NCBI GenBank assembly: GCA_965219445.1
Contig: CBDCNQ010000004.1
Coordinates: 640,001-704,000 of the forward strand
Source: Longimicrobiales bacterium
Lineage (GTDB): Bacteria; Gemmatimonadota; Gemmatimonadetes; Longimicrobiales; Gaopeijiaceae
DNA length: 64,000 bases
Direction: 5' to 3'
Each line of letters starts with the position of its first letter. Position 1 is the first letter of the stretch. The notes under the pieces were generated by a model. It was given only the letters and a program-made list of their open reading frames with translations, was not told the origin of the DNA and did no database searches. Positions 48,948 to 59,169 of this stretch are shown here, one piece after another. The position numbers were made by a program, and so were the translations under genes.

Positions 48948-49304
48948 GTGGCACGTGTACTCATCGTCGAAGATGAACCGACGGATCTGGCCATCACGAA
49001 AGGTATCGTGGAGCTACTGGGTCACGAGGTCCATCTCGCCTCGGATGGCGAGGAAGCCTTCAAGAAGTACCTGAGGAATGACATCGAGATCGTGGTCACC
49101 GATATTGGGATGCCTCGCGTGGACGGATTGGAGTTCATCGAGTCGTTGCTGGGGTTGTACCCTGATGCGGTAATCATCGCTGTATCCGGTGAAGGCCCGG
49201 ACCGGCTCCACGCTGCGAGGCGCGCGGGTGCCGCCGCGCTCATCAGCAAGCCCGTCGGCCCCGAGGAGCTGGGCAAGGCCTTCACAGCGGCAGGCCTCAG
49301 CTGA
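48948..49304 (+). CDS. Single-domain response regulator receiver
   Basis: LIVEDE, TDIGMP, DG, SG, KP motifs. Confidence 0.9.
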   Translation: MARVLIVEDEPTDLAITKGIVELLGHEVHLASDGEEAFKKYLRNDIEIVVTDIGMPRVDGLEFIESLLGLYPDAVIIAVSGEGPDRLHAARRAGAAALISKPVGPEELGKAFTAAGLS

Positions 49305-49351
49305 GTCGCGGTGGCCATGCCAGCCTACCCACATCCGAAGGGAGGAAAGGG

Positions 49352-50563
49352 ATGACGAGCCAGCGTAACATTCGTGTTGGAATCGCCTTGATCACACTCA
49401 TTATCGCGCTCGGAGTCGGTTGGGCCGCCCTCGAGAAGACCATGGCTGCTCAGAGCGGAGCGCAAGCGCCCATGTTCGAGGTGGATCCCCTATGGCCCAA
49501 GCCATTGCCGAACCATTGGGTCCTCGGATCGACCATCGGCGTGGCGGTCGATGGCGAGGACCACGTGTGGATCATCCATCGAGCCCAGTCGCTTGCCGCC
49601 GGCGAACGGCGCCTGGACGCGGACCCGCCGACCGGTGAGTGCTGCGCCGCTGCCCCGCCCGTCCTCGAGTTCGACCAGGCCGGTAACCTGGTCGGACACT
49701 GGGGTGGCCCCGGTAACGGGTACGACTGGCCCACGTCGAACCACGGGATCTTCGTCGATCACCTGGGGAACGTGTGGATCGGCGGGAACGGCGGGGGGGA
49801 CGCCCACGTCCTGAAGTTCACCCAGGACGGCACGTTTCTGGCGCAGTTCGGTCGTCCCGATGCACGCCGTGTCAGCGGTGCCGGCGCGGATGCGACGTAC
49901 ACCGGTAACAGCAACGACCCCGGGAGCTTCGGGCGAGTGGCCAAGATTTTCGTCGACCCGAATACCAACGAAGTCTACCTCGCCGACGGCTACCTGAACA
50001 AACGCGTGGCCGTGCTCGACGGGGAGACGGGCATGATGAAGCGCTACTGGGGTGCGTACGCCAACACGCCCGACGACAGTGACCTCGGGCCATTCGATCC
50101 GGATGCGCCACCGCCCCAGCAGTTCGGTAATCCGGTGCACTGCGCCGATCTGGCGCACGACGGGTTCGTGTATGTCTGCGACCGCCCTAATAATCGGATT
50201 CAGGTGTTCACGAAGGAAGGCGAGTTCGTGAAGGAGGTGTTCATCCAGAGACAGCCAGGCTACGCGTCGGCCTGGGACGTCGCCTTCTCGCAGGATCCGG
50301 ATCAGACGTTCCTCTACCTGGCCGACGCGCCGAACGCGAAGGTGCACATCCTGTTGCGTGAGACGCTCGAGGAACTTACGAGCTTCGGTGACGGCGGGCG
50401 TCAGCCCGGTCAGTTCTACGGCGTGCACAGCATCGTCACCGACTCGCAGGGCAACATCTACACGACCGAGACGTTCGAAGGAAAGCGCGTGCAGAAGTTC
50501 GTCTACAAGGGCCTAGGCCCGGTCACAAGCCGGAACCAGGGCGCGGTGTGGCCGGCACCGTGA
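49352..50563 (+). CDS. Secreted NHL-repeat beta-propeller (PAL-like)
   Basis: Signal peptide, VDPLWPKPLPNHW, HGIFVD, ADGYLNKRV, YVCDRPNNRIQVF, HSIVTDSQGNIY. Confidence 0.85.
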   Translation: MTSQRNIRVGIALITLIIALGVGWAALEKTMAAQSGAQAPMFEVDPLWPKPLPNHWVLGSTIGVAVDGEDHVWIIHRAQSLAAGERRLDADPPTGECCAAAPPVLEFDQAGNLVGHWGGPGNGYDWPTSNHGIFVDHLGNVWIGGNGGGDAHVLKFTQDGTFLAQFGRPDARRVSGAGADATYTGNSNDPGSFGRVAKIFVDPNTNEVYLADGYLNKRVAVLDGETGMMKRYWGAYANTPDDSDLGPFDPDAPPPQQFGNPVHCADLAHDGFVYVCDRPNNRIQVFTKEGEFVKEVFIQRQPGYASAWDVAFSQDPDQTFLYLADAPNAKVHILLRETLEELTSFGDGGRQPGQFYGVHSIVTDSQGNIYTTETFEGKRVQKFVYKGLGPVTSRNQGAVWPAP

Positions 50564-50814
50564 TCAGCGCGACAGCCAGATGCCGATGGGAATGCCTCAG
50601 AGTTCGCATTGAACATTGAAGCTGAATCACGACGACGAGGACCTTGAGCGATTGTAGGCGAGCGTTGACGTCACGAGCCCCCGAGCGCCCCAGCGGCGTT
50701 CGGGGGGGAGGCATCTTCCATCCCTATCGACAGCTATGGGCCACCGAACGGAAACTCATGGCCGACGTCGGTGTGGCGGCGGCCGGGGGGTGGGACACAG
50801 TCCCTTTTCACAGA

Positions 50815-50848
50815 AAGCGCCGCAGGCCCGAAAAGCCTTGCGGCGCTT
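50815..50848 (-). terminator. Hairpin terminator downstream of tRNA-Thr(TGT)
   Basis: aagcgccgca...tgcggcgctt inverted repeat. Confidence 0.65.
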
Positions 50849-50860
50849 CTCTTTACACCA

Positions 50861-50933
50861 AGCTGGCGAACGGACTCGAACCGTTAACCTGCTGCTTACA
50901 AGGCAGCTGCTCTACCAGTTGAGCTACGCCAGC
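50861..50933 (-). tRNA. tRNA-Thr(TGT)
   Basis: gctggcgtagctcaactggtagagcagctgcctTGTaagcagcaggttaacggttcgagtccgttcgccagct. Confidence 0.96.
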
Positions 50934-50994
50934 AAGTCGTAACTTTCCCGCACGACTCGTAAGATAGTCTCGGTATCTGCCTGTTGGTATGTCG

Positions 50995-51960
50995 TTACTG
51001 GAACGCGGCTCGACTTACGCTTGGCGGGTCCTCATCGGCGAAGTGGGGATGGACTATGTAAATCTGGTCACCCACCACGGCCGCGGTAGTCGCCTGAGTC
51101 TCGTAGGGCGCGACGCCCGCGAGTTGGGCTGTCACCCAATCATCGCTACTCGTCAGAGCGACGACCCGGTTTGAGGAATTGCTGACGATTGCGAGGCTGC
51201 CGTTGGGCATCCAGACCATGCCATCCTGGCCTGGGACAGCTTCGGGGAGCGCCACCGGGGTGGATTCATCGGGGGAGTCGAGCGGCACCTTCCAGAGCGT
51301 CTCACCTGCGGCCACCAGCAGATAGCCATCGGGATGCACTACGATACCGTTGAAGCCGAGAGCCTCGGCGGTGTCAGGCTGGTAAAAGACGGACGCCTGA
51401 TAGTCGGAAGCCACCCGATAAATGACGCCGGCAAAGGTGTCGGTGACGTATGCCGTACCATCCGCCGCGACCGCGACATCGTTCGCAAAGTGACCCACGT
51501 CGGCCGGAGCATCTTCGATGGTCGACGCGAGATCGATCATCTCGATGCGATTCCCGGTCGAGAGATCGTATACGCCGAGCATCGCTTGACCAGTGCCCAC
51601 TCCTTCAAAGACGGACCGGTCCGAGTTCGCGACCAGAAGGCGGTTGCGCTGCGCATCCACCTCGATTCCCACCGAAGAGACGAGATCCGGGTCGCTGACC
51701 ACCGTGGTCACTCTCCCGTCAGGATGGATCTGGAAGATCGAGCCCTCCGAGAGTGAACCTGTAAGGATGCGCCCGTTCGTAGCATCGTATTCGATCCCCT
51801 CCGGAATGAACCCGCTCCTCTGCGCGACGATATTGGCAGGCAGAGAGACCTCTTCCGGCACCATAGCTTCGGTCTGAGCGGAGGGAGGCATATCTGTGGC
51901 GGCATTGCACGCGGCCGCCAAAGTGATCAGGCAAGCGGCGCCTAATACTCGATTCATCAT
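50995..51960 (-). CDS. SMP-30/gluconolactonase-like beta-propeller lipoprotein
   Basis: Lipobox LAAAC, FIPEGIEYD, ANDVAV..DGTAYVTD, NGIV, DGMV. Confidence 0.75.
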   Translation of the reverse strand: MMNRVLGAACLITLAAACNAATDMPPSAQTEAMVPEEVSLPANIVAQRSGFIPEGIEYDATNGRILTGSLSEGSIFQIHPDGRVTTVVSDPDLVSSVGIEVDAQRNRLLVANSDRSVFEGVGTGQAMLGVYDLSTGNRIEMIDLASTIEDAPADVGHFANDVAVAADGTAYVTDTFAGVIYRVASDYQASVFYQPDTAEALGFNGIVVHPDGYLLVAAGETLWKVPLDSPDESTPVALPEAVPGQDGMVWMPNGSLAIVSNSSNRVVALTSSDDWVTAQLAGVAPYETQATTAAVVGDQIYIVHPHFADEDPPSVSRAAFQ

Positions 51961-52156
51961 AGATAGCTGATCCAGGTTGATTGGGTCGAGAAGGACGAGC
52001 GACTTCGGTGTACCCCCGAACGATCGACGTATCGTCGCGACCCACGTGCTCGGCCAGGACTTCGATCTCGTCCGCGAGCGAACCACTCTTGGAGAGGCTC
52101 GTGTCGAACGAAAGTCTCGCACGCCAACGGATGACCGGCAACCGATGGGGTACTCC

Positions 52157-53602
52157 TTACCTGACCCGCTTCCAGCGCGTGCCGCCCGGGGAATCCTCGA
52201 GCACGATGCCGCGCTCGCCCAGCTCGTCCCGGATGGCATCCGCGCGGGCGAAGTCCCGGTCCGCCCGGGCGGCTTTGCGCTCGGCGATGAGTGACTCGAT
52301 TTCGGACGCAAAGTCGTCATCCACCTCGCGGCTCTCATATGCCACGCTGAGAAGCCCCATCACCTCATCCATCGAGGCGAGCGCCTTCCGCGCGGCTTCC
52401 AGGTCGGACACGGTGACGTCCGTAGCCGCATCCAACTCGCCGTTCACGCGGTTTACGAAGACGAACAACGCGGCGAGGGCCTCGGCTGAGTTGAGGTCGT
52501 CTTCGAGCGCCGCACCAAACGCCTCGATGGCTTCATCGCCCAGACGGGCCAGAGGACCTGGGGAGTCTGGAGGCTCCTCCCCGTCCGCCCCGACGGTCTC
52601 CGCCAACCGCGCCTCGAAGTCGAGGAGGCGTTGAATGGCGGCGGCGGAAGCCGCGAGACCGTCTCGTGTGAAGTTCAGTTCCCTCCGGTACTGGGCACCG
52701 AGCAACTGATGACGGATAGTGGCCGGCCCTAACCCCTCTTCGAGCAGCTCGCGAACCGTAATGGTGTTGCCGAGCGACTTGGACATCTTCCCGCCCTCGA
52801 CGACCAGATGCTTTACGTGGACCCAGTGGCGGACGAAAGGCTTGCCGGTCACGCCCTCGGATTGGGCGATCTCATTCTCGTGATGAGGAAAGACGAGGTC
52901 TTCGCCGCCCATATGGATATCCAGCGTCTCTCCGAGCTCAGTGATGCTCATCACCGAGCACTCCAAATGCCAGCCGGGCCGCCCTCTTCCCCACGGAGAG
53001 TCCCAGGCGGCGCCCACCGCTTCGTCCGCAGGCTTGGTCGCCTTCCAGAGGGCGAAGTCGCGGACATTCTCCTTCTCGTACTCGTCGTCCTGCACGCGCG
53101 CACCCGGGTGGGTGGATTCGGGGTCCAGGCCCTTGAGGCGGCCATAGGCGGGAAACGCACCGATTGAGAAATAGACCGACCCGTCCTCCGCCGAATAGGC
53201 GAGTCCCTTTTCCTCCAGTCGTTCGATCCACGACACCATCTGTGGGATGTACCCTGTGGCCAACGGATAGCTACGAGCCGGAAGAATCCCGAGGGCTCGC
53301 GCGTCGGCCAGGATGTCCTCGGTGAATGGAGCCGTGTACTCCCGCACGTCCTTTCCTGCCTCGGACGCACGATCGATTGTCTTGTCGTCCACATCCGTGA
53401 GGTTCATGACGAAGTCCACGTCGTAGCCGGCCCACTTCAGGTAGCGGTGGAGTAGATCGTAGACCACAAAGCTCCGGTAGTTGCCGATGTGTGCGTGGTC
53501 GTAGACAGTCGGGCCGCATGCGTAAAGCCGGACACCGGGCGGATCGGCCGGCTCGAAATCCCTCACCGAGCGGGTCAACGTGTCGTAGAGTTTCAGGGCC
53601 AT
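52157..53602 (-). CDS. cysS: Cysteine--tRNA ligase
   Basis: CGPTVYD..HIGN, GRPGWHLECS, FPHHENE, KMSKS. Confidence 0.98.
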   Translation of the reverse strand: MALKLYDTLTRSVRDFEPADPPGVRLYACGPTVYDHAHIGNYRSFVVYDLLHRYLKWAGYDVDFVMNLTDVDDKTIDRASEAGKDVREYTAPFTEDILADARALGILPARSYPLATGYIPQMVSWIERLEEKGLAYSAEDGSVYFSIGAFPAYGRLKGLDPESTHPGARVQDDEYEKENVRDFALWKATKPADEAVGAAWDSPWGRGRPGWHLECSVMSITELGETLDIHMGGEDLVFPHHENEIAQSEGVTGKPFVRHWVHVKHLVVEGGKMSKSLGNTITVRELLEEGLGPATIRHQLLGAQYRRELNFTRDGLAASAAAIQRLLDFEARLAETVGADGEEPPDSPGPLARLGDEAIEAFGAALEDDLNSAEALAALFVFVNRVNGELDAATDVTVSDLEAARKALASMDEVMGLLSVAYESREVDDDFASEIESLIAERKAARADRDFARADAIRDELGERGIVLEDSPGGTRWKRVR

Positions 53603-53686
53603 GTCGTCGTGAGGGTCAGCGTTGGTCAGGGTGGGTTTGGGCTAGCCAGGGTTGATCGCCCCGCCAGCCGGCCGGATAGGATGACG

Positions 53687-54154
53687 TCAAAGCCGCGTCT
53701 GGGGAAGAACCCGAACCTCAGCCACCCGCCACACGCCATCCTCGTATACGAACGCCACGAATACGGTCCGCGTGACCATCTCGGACATCCCCCGGATCCT
53801 CGACTCCCACCGGATTTCGGCGAATCCCTGTGGGGGCTCACCACCCACCTCGCCGGTCCGAGACACGCGTGCCGACGCGGCCTCACGGTTTTCCAGGTAT
53901 TCCCGAATGGAGGCGCCGGCGCGCTGGGGGGAGAGAGCACCGAGAGGCCGCGCCTCCCATTGAATGCGAGCCCCACTCTGGGAAAAACGGCTCTGGAGCT
54001 GAGATACATCGCCGGCGGCCCACTGCGCCGCGAATCGGGCAGCAGCCTCTTCGAGGTCTTGTCCGAAGCACGCGGCGGGCGCACCGGCACCGACCACAAT
54101 ACCAAGCATTCCGACGACCAGCGTGCGCCGGAGAAATGCGGCTAGCGCCCTCAC
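53687..54154 (-). CDS. Hypothetical exported protein
   Basis: Signal-peptide-like N-terminus; co-oriented between pyrF and cysS. Confidence 0.6.
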   Translation of the reverse strand: MRALAAFLRRTLVVGMLGIVVGAGAPAACFGQDLEEAAARFAAQWAAGDVSQLQSRFSQSGARIQWEARPLGALSPQRAGASIREYLENREAASARVSRTGEVGGEPPQGFAEIRWESRIRGMSEMVTRTVFVAFVYEDGVWRVAEVRVLPQTRL

Positions 54155-54182
54155 AGCCGGATCCTCGTCGGCGCCCCAGCCC

Positions 54183-54890
54183 TCATGCCGTCGGTACCGT
54201 GCTTGGGCCGGCCGCCTGTGCGTAAACCCGCCTCAGCGCCTCGACAGGGTCGAGCGCCTGGGTTACGGAACGCCCGATCACCAGGTAGTCGGCGCCGGCC
54301 GCCACCGCCTCGGCTGGCGTCGAGACACGGGCCTGGTCGTGCGCATCGTCCCCCGCAAGGCGAATCCCCGGGGTGACGACCACAAGATCGGATCCTATGG
54401 CCTCCTTTATCGGAGCCGCCTCCCGCACGGACGCAACCACACCCCCGAGCCCGGACTGCTGCGCGAGCCGCGCCAAGCGCACGACCTCATCCTCGAGCGA
54501 ATCGACCTCCCGCCCCCACGAGTCCCCCACGTCGGACGCCGTCATCGACGTGAGCACGGTGACTCCGAGAAGCATGAGATCGGCGCCCGCCGCCTCGGCC
54601 GCCGCCTCCATCATGGGTCGTCCTCCCGTCGCATGGAGCGTCAGGATATCGACATTGAGATCACGGGCACTGCCAACGGCCCGCGCCACCGTGTTAGGGA
54701 TATCGTGCAGCTTGAGGTCGAGGAAGATGCGTTTGTCCCTCGCCGCGAGCGCTCGGACCAGGGAGGGGCCCTCTCGGGTGAAGAGCTCGAGGCCCACCTT
54801 GTAGAAGTCGGTCTGCTCGCCGAGGCAATCCACCAGGCCCATGGCCTCGTCGAGCGTCGGAACGTCGAGCGCGATGATCACCTGCGCCAT
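54183..54890 (-). CDS. pyrF: Orotidine-5'-phosphate decarboxylase
   Basis: IIALD, KVGLELF, FLDLKLHDIPNTV, TPGIR, VIGRS. Confidence 0.97.
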   Translation of the reverse strand: MAQVIIALDVPTLDEAMGLVDCLGEQTDFYKVGLELFTREGPSLVRALAARDKRIFLDLKLHDIPNTVARAVGSARDLNVDILTLHATGGRPMMEAAAEAAGADLMLLGVTVLTSMTASDVGDSWGREVDSLEDEVVRLARLAQQSGLGGVVASVREAAPIKEAIGSDLVVVTPGIRLAGDDAHDQARVSTPAEAVAAGADYLVIGRSVTQALDPVEALRRVYAQAAGPSTVPTA

Positions 54891-54891
54891 G

Positions 54892-55845
54892 TTAGCCTGG
54901 CCTTCCCGGAACACTCACGGGGCGGTCCACTCTATCGTACACGCCGATCAAGTCCTGAATTTTCTCGACTCCCATTTTTTCCCCGTACCTGGCGATCCCT
55001 TTTCCTACCCGCTGGGCCGTCCTCGGGTCGGCGAAGGTGGCGGTACCGACCTGAATTAACGATGCGCCCGCCAAAAGATACTGGAGCGCGTCCCCGGCGT
55101 CCGTGATTCCACCGACTCCGACGAGAGGAATCGACGTGCACGCCCTGGCCCGATGCACAGCGTGCACGCCTACGGCCCGCAAGGCCGGTCCGGACAGACC
55201 GCCCGAGCCTGCGCCGAGGGTGGCACTCCGCGAGGTGATGTCGATGACCAGGCCCGGCATCGTGTTCACGAGGGTGAGTCCGTCCGCGCCGGCATCCTCC
55301 GCGGCCTCCGCAACCGGCCCGATATCGGGAACGTTGGGGGCGAGTTTGACGAGGAGCGGACGATCGGTCCTCCCCCGGACTCCTTCAACAACGCTCCTGA
55401 GAGCCTCGGGGTCCAGGGCGAAGGGGAGCCCACCGAGGCGAGTGTCGTTGGGGCAGGAGAGATTGAGCTCGTAGCCCAGAAAACCGCGGACCGGCTCGAG
55501 CCCCTCGACGATGCTCCAATACTCGTCCGGTATGTAGCCGGCCACGCTCACGAACACCTGGATACCCGAGAGGTGTTCCCGCATCCAGGGGAGCTTTTCC
55601 GAGCACACGCGTTCCAAGCCGGGGTTCGCAAGACCGACCGAGTTCAGCATCGCGTTTCCAGCCTCCACGACGCGGGGCGCGGGATTGCCGAGCCGAGGCT
55701 CGAGCGTCACCGATTTCGTCACGATGCCGCCCACAGCGTCGAGGTCGAGGACATTCTCGAGTTCCTCGCCGAATCCGCACGTTCCGGCGGCCAGAAGGAC
55801 AGGGTTGTGAAAGGTCGCTCCGAACAGGGTCTGGCTCAGTCGCAT
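54892..55845 (-). CDS. pyrD: Dihydroorotate dehydrogenase family 1 catalytic subunit
   Basis: AAGTCG, MLNSVGLANPG, ELNLSCPN, VKLAPN, GGLSG. Confidence 0.93.
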   Translation of the reverse strand: MRLSQTLFGATFHNPVLLAAGTCGFGEELENVLDLDAVGGIVTKSVTLEPRLGNPAPRVVEAGNAMLNSVGLANPGLERVCSEKLPWMREHLSGIQVFVSVAGYIPDEYWSIVEGLEPVRGFLGYELNLSCPNDTRLGGLPFALDPEALRSVVEGVRGRTDRPLLVKLAPNVPDIGPVAEAAEDAGADGLTLVNTMPGLVIDITSRSATLGAGSGGLSGPALRAVGVHAVHRARACTSIPLVGVGGITDAGDALQYLLAGASLIQVGTATFADPRTAQRVGKGIARYGEKMGVEKIQDLIGVYDRVDRPVSVPGRPG

Positions 55846-55886
55846 CGTCGTCTAGAAGGGTGATCGGAAAGGGGGGTGGGTTGCCG

Positions 55887-57289
55887 TCACTCTTTCGGCA
55901 CGCCCGTGAGTTGCCGCCGGGCCGACAGTTCCTCGTCGACGCGCGCCAGCAGCTGGTCGAGCGTCCCCTGAAGCCCGGACTCCAACGCCCCTAGTTCAGG
56001 CCCAGAGTGGCCATCACGAGCATAGCGAACATAGGCATCCCCCGAGAGTGCCTCGATCCGCTGATCGAGCCACCTCCGCTGTGCCGGATCCGTCGTCAGT
56101 TCCCTGGACGCGAGGAGCGCCTTCCCGGACCACAGCGCGTCGGGCGCGGCAGCCGCATAGGCCTGAAAGAGTGCCGCCGAAAGCCGTCGGGCCGCCAAGA
56201 CATCTCGGGAAATCTCAGCAGCGGCGACCAGTGCGATGGGCTCCTCGTCGAGCCCGTACTCGGTGAGAAGCTCTACTCGGCGGATCGCGTTTAATATGGC
56301 CTGAGCTTCTTTAGACGTCACCGCCGGAAAAAGAACGGTCCGAAGCGGCGCGAGCTGTTCCACCGTCTCAGCCTCGGTAAGACTCCACCTCGCCAACGTC
56401 ACTCTGGCGCCTGCGGCCCTCTCCCCCAGGCCCGACCCGACCGAACGCGCGTCTTTCCTCGCACGATCCATATCGCCCGCCTCGTAGGCGAGCCAGGCGC
56501 GCGTCATCAACAAACGGTCCCGTGCATCCCGGGACCAACGGGCGTCCTCGGCGTTGTCCAAGAGGACCAGGGCGCTTCGCGGGCCCCATCGGTCGGCAAA
56601 GCGCCGGGCCAGCGAACTGATGGAGTCGCTGTATGCTTGGGCCCGGCTCATGAGGATCAGCGCCTGGATTCCCTGATGGATACGAGTCAAATCCGGCACC
56701 TCAAATCCCCAGGCGACTCGCTCGAGGTCGGCCGGCACAGCCTGACGGATATGCGCCTCCCCCGCCCGGTCCAGGTCTTGCCACCCCTGCTCCACCATCC
56801 CCTGCTGAAAGAAGGCACGTGCGCGCCAGAGATGGGCCTCCGCTCGGTAGGTGCGGGCATCGATGCCCTCAATCGCATCGTCGAGAAGAGCAAGCCCTCG
56901 GGCCGTCTCTCCAACCGACACGGCAAGGGCGCCGCGGTAGAGGGCCGCCTGGCCCCTCACGTCGGGATCGGTACTGATTTCGAGTACCTGTTCCAGCGCC
57001 CGGTTGGCGTCCGGGATCTCTCCCAAGCGAAGCTGAGCCTTGGCGATGAGGAGGAGTGCATCATCGGCCCTCGGCCGTCCTCGTCGGCCCGGTACCCCTT
57101 GGTGGCCTTGGCGACAGCCTCGTGATAACGGACCGAACCTGCCGAGTCCTGGCCGGCCAAGCGCAAGTTCTCGGCCTCTCCGTACAGGCTCTCCGCGTTA
57201 TGGATCGTGTTGTTGAAGATGCAACCCACCAAGAACCCCGAACCCAAGACCGTAAGGGCGACAACGTGTCTCGGGCGGTGGGTTCTCAC
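55887..57289 (-). pseudogene. TPR-like lipoprotein split by a 1-nt frameshift near 57070
   Basis: The N-part (lipobox LVGC, ...KGYRADEDGR) and the downstream frame (ADDALLLIAKAQLRLGEIP...) join if one base is restored (cga [t]gg gcc gat gat = R W A D D). Confidence 0.7.
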
Positions 57290-58680
57290 CGTGGCGGGCC
57301 TTGAAGCGCCACCCCCCGCCCCGGGGGGTATCGTTGGAAGAAATCCCGGACACCCTGGGCCAGGGCCGCGGCAACCCCACGCTGGAATTCGGCACGGGAT
57401 AGGACACGCTCCTCTTCACGGTTGGAGATGAATCCGACCTCCACCAATACCGCCGGCATCAAAGCATTCGTGATCACCGCGAAGGGTCCCTGCTTTACAC
57501 CGCGGTTGGGGCCTGGGTGGACTTCCTCCAGCTCAAACTGAATCCCCTCCGCCAGAAGTGAAGACCAATGCTGGTGGTCGAAGTTGCGCAGTTCCCGCAT
57601 GATGAAGCTCAGATCCACATCTTCCACCTCAGCACCGTCCAATTCGGCCTCGAGTTGGAGAGGCGCATTCTCGAGCGCGGCCACCCTTTGCTCGTGCTCC
57701 GTACGGGCCTCGGACAGGAAGTACGTCTCGAAGCCACGGATGGCGGGGCTCGATGGGGACGAGTTCACATGGATGGAGATGAAGATGCCGGGTCGGTCCC
57801 CCTTCCACAGCGTGGCCTGCGGACCTCGCTCCCAGAGCGGCACGAGCACGTCCCGGTCACGCGTCATGTACACCTCGAGGTCCTCATCTCCCCTGAGTTC
57901 CCGCTCTAGATAGCGCCCGATGGTCAGTGCAATATCCTTTTCTCGGCGCCCACCACGGCCCGTGGTGCCGGGGTCGCTGCCCCCGTGGCCCGGATCGATC
58001 ACGACCACGCGTTTTTCGGGGTTCTGTGCCTCTTCCAAATCCCGCTGTAGTGTGGGTGCGGAGAGGTTGTCCGTCGAGACCGGTTCGTCTCGGGAGAGTT
58101 CGTCTCTAGAGGGTTCGTCGGTCCGCATCCTTCGACCCACGATTTCCACCGGGCGGTATTCGGTGGCTGCTTCCGGCCACAGGGATGGGTCGAGGACCTC
58201 GAGCGACCCCCCACCGGGCGAAAACGCATACGCCTCGCTCGCCCGCGCCGGAAGGAAGTCGACCACGAACTGGAGAGGAATCTGAACGGAGCCGTCCCCT
58301 GAAAAAGGTGCGCTCACGAGTTGGAGCAGCTCTTGGTTCCAGTGGAAGAGGGGGCTGTCCAACGAAAACTCCACCATAGGCCCTTCCAAACCGAGTCGGG
58401 CGCGGAGCTTTGGTACATCCACCTCGATCGCCCAACCCAGCTGACGCAGCGCCTCATGAGACACTGTCGCGTATCCGCGCGACCGTCTGACGCTCAGCGA
58501 TAGAGACGAGTCATCTGGGCCGTGTACGAGGAGAGAATCGCCCGCTTGAGCCGAACTGGGAGTGGGTCCACTGAGGGCCATCACGAGCGCGGCCAGGATG
58601 CCGAGAATACCCGACAACCCGGATCCGCGACTTGCACGGAAGAAACCAACGACGAACGACGGCGCGGCAACACTGATCAT
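57286..58680 (-). CDS. N-acetylmuramoyl-L-alanine amidase (Amidase_3)
   Basis: VVIDPGHGGSDPG, EKDIAL, FISIHVN, PAVLVEVGFISN. Confidence 0.93.
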   Translation of the reverse strand: MISVAAPSFVVGFFRASRGSGLSGILGILAALVMALSGPTPSSAQAGDSLLVHGPDDSSLSLSVRRSRGYATVSHEALRQLGWAIEVDVPKLRARLGLEGPMVEFSLDSPLFHWNQELLQLVSAPFSGDGSVQIPLQFVVDFLPARASEAYAFSPGGGSLEVLDPSLWPEAATEYRPVEIVGRRMRTDEPSRDELSRDEPVSTDNLSAPTLQRDLEEAQNPEKRVVVIDPGHGGSDPGTTGRGGRREKDIALTIGRYLERELRGDEDLEVYMTRDRDVLVPLWERGPQATLWKGDRPGIFISIHVNSSPSSPAIRGFETYFLSEARTEHEQRVAALENAPLQLEAELDGAEVEDVDLSFIMRELRNFDHQHWSSLLAEGIQFELEEVHPGPNRGVKQGPFAVITNALMPAVLVEVGFISNREEERVLSRAEFQRGVAAALAQGVRDFFQRYPPGRGVALQGPPR

Positions 58681-59156
58681 CGGTGCTTGCTCATGGCTCG
58701 TTTGGCCTCCCTATCCTGAGTCTGCTTCTTCAGCTTTTCACGCTTGTCATACAGGCGGCGTCCCCTCGCCACCCCAAGAAGCACCTTCGCGTTCCCTTTC
58801 CGGAAGTAGATCTCGAGGGGGATCAGGGTGAGTCCCTTCGCTTCGGTCTTACTCAACAGACGGCGAATCTCCTCACGGTGCAGGAGTAGCTTCCGTACAC
58901 GGTCAGGATCCTGGTTGGCCCGATTCGCCTGTTCGTAGGGTGAAATATGGAGGTTGTAGAGCCAGACTTCTCCCCCCTCAACCCGGGCGAAGGCATCCCG
59001 AAAGGCCAACTGCCCGGCCCGAAGCGACTTCACCTCCGGTCCCTTGAGCACGATCCCAGCCTCATGGGTATCCAGGATCTCGTATTCGTGCCGAGCTTTT
59101 CGATTTCGCCCCACGACCTTGCGGCCGGTTTCACCGCCACCATTCCGGTCGCTCAA
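58677..59156 (-). CDS. smpB: SsrA-binding protein
   Basis: NRKARHEY, EAGIVLKGPEVKSLR, RKLLLHREEI, YDKRE; TTG start after ggagga. Confidence 0.97.
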   Translation of the reverse strand: MSDRNGGGETGRKVVGRNRKARHEYEILDTHEAGIVLKGPEVKSLRAGQLAFRDAFARVEGGEVWLYNLHISPYEQANRANQDPDRVRKLLLHREEIRRLLSKTEAKGLTLIPLEIYFRKGNAKVLLGVARGRRLYDKREKLKKQTQDREAKRAMSKHR

Positions 59157-59169
59157 CAGTCCTCCACCA

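Noticed and set aside
43072..50860. Prophage or integrative element at tRNA-Thr
   Set aside because: No integrase, transposase, phage genes or att-like duplication of the tRNA 3' end were found.
50995..52338. N-terminally extended ORF-track calls (this one, and also hemD, adk, secY, rplR, rpsC, rpoB, smpB)
   Set aside because: The extensions overlap upstream genes or lack family similarity; starts were reset to positions supported by motifs or an RBS.
54892..55845. Absence of an adjacent pyrK as a novel pathway
   Set aside because: The electron-transfer subunit may be encoded elsewhere; this cannot be judged from the window.
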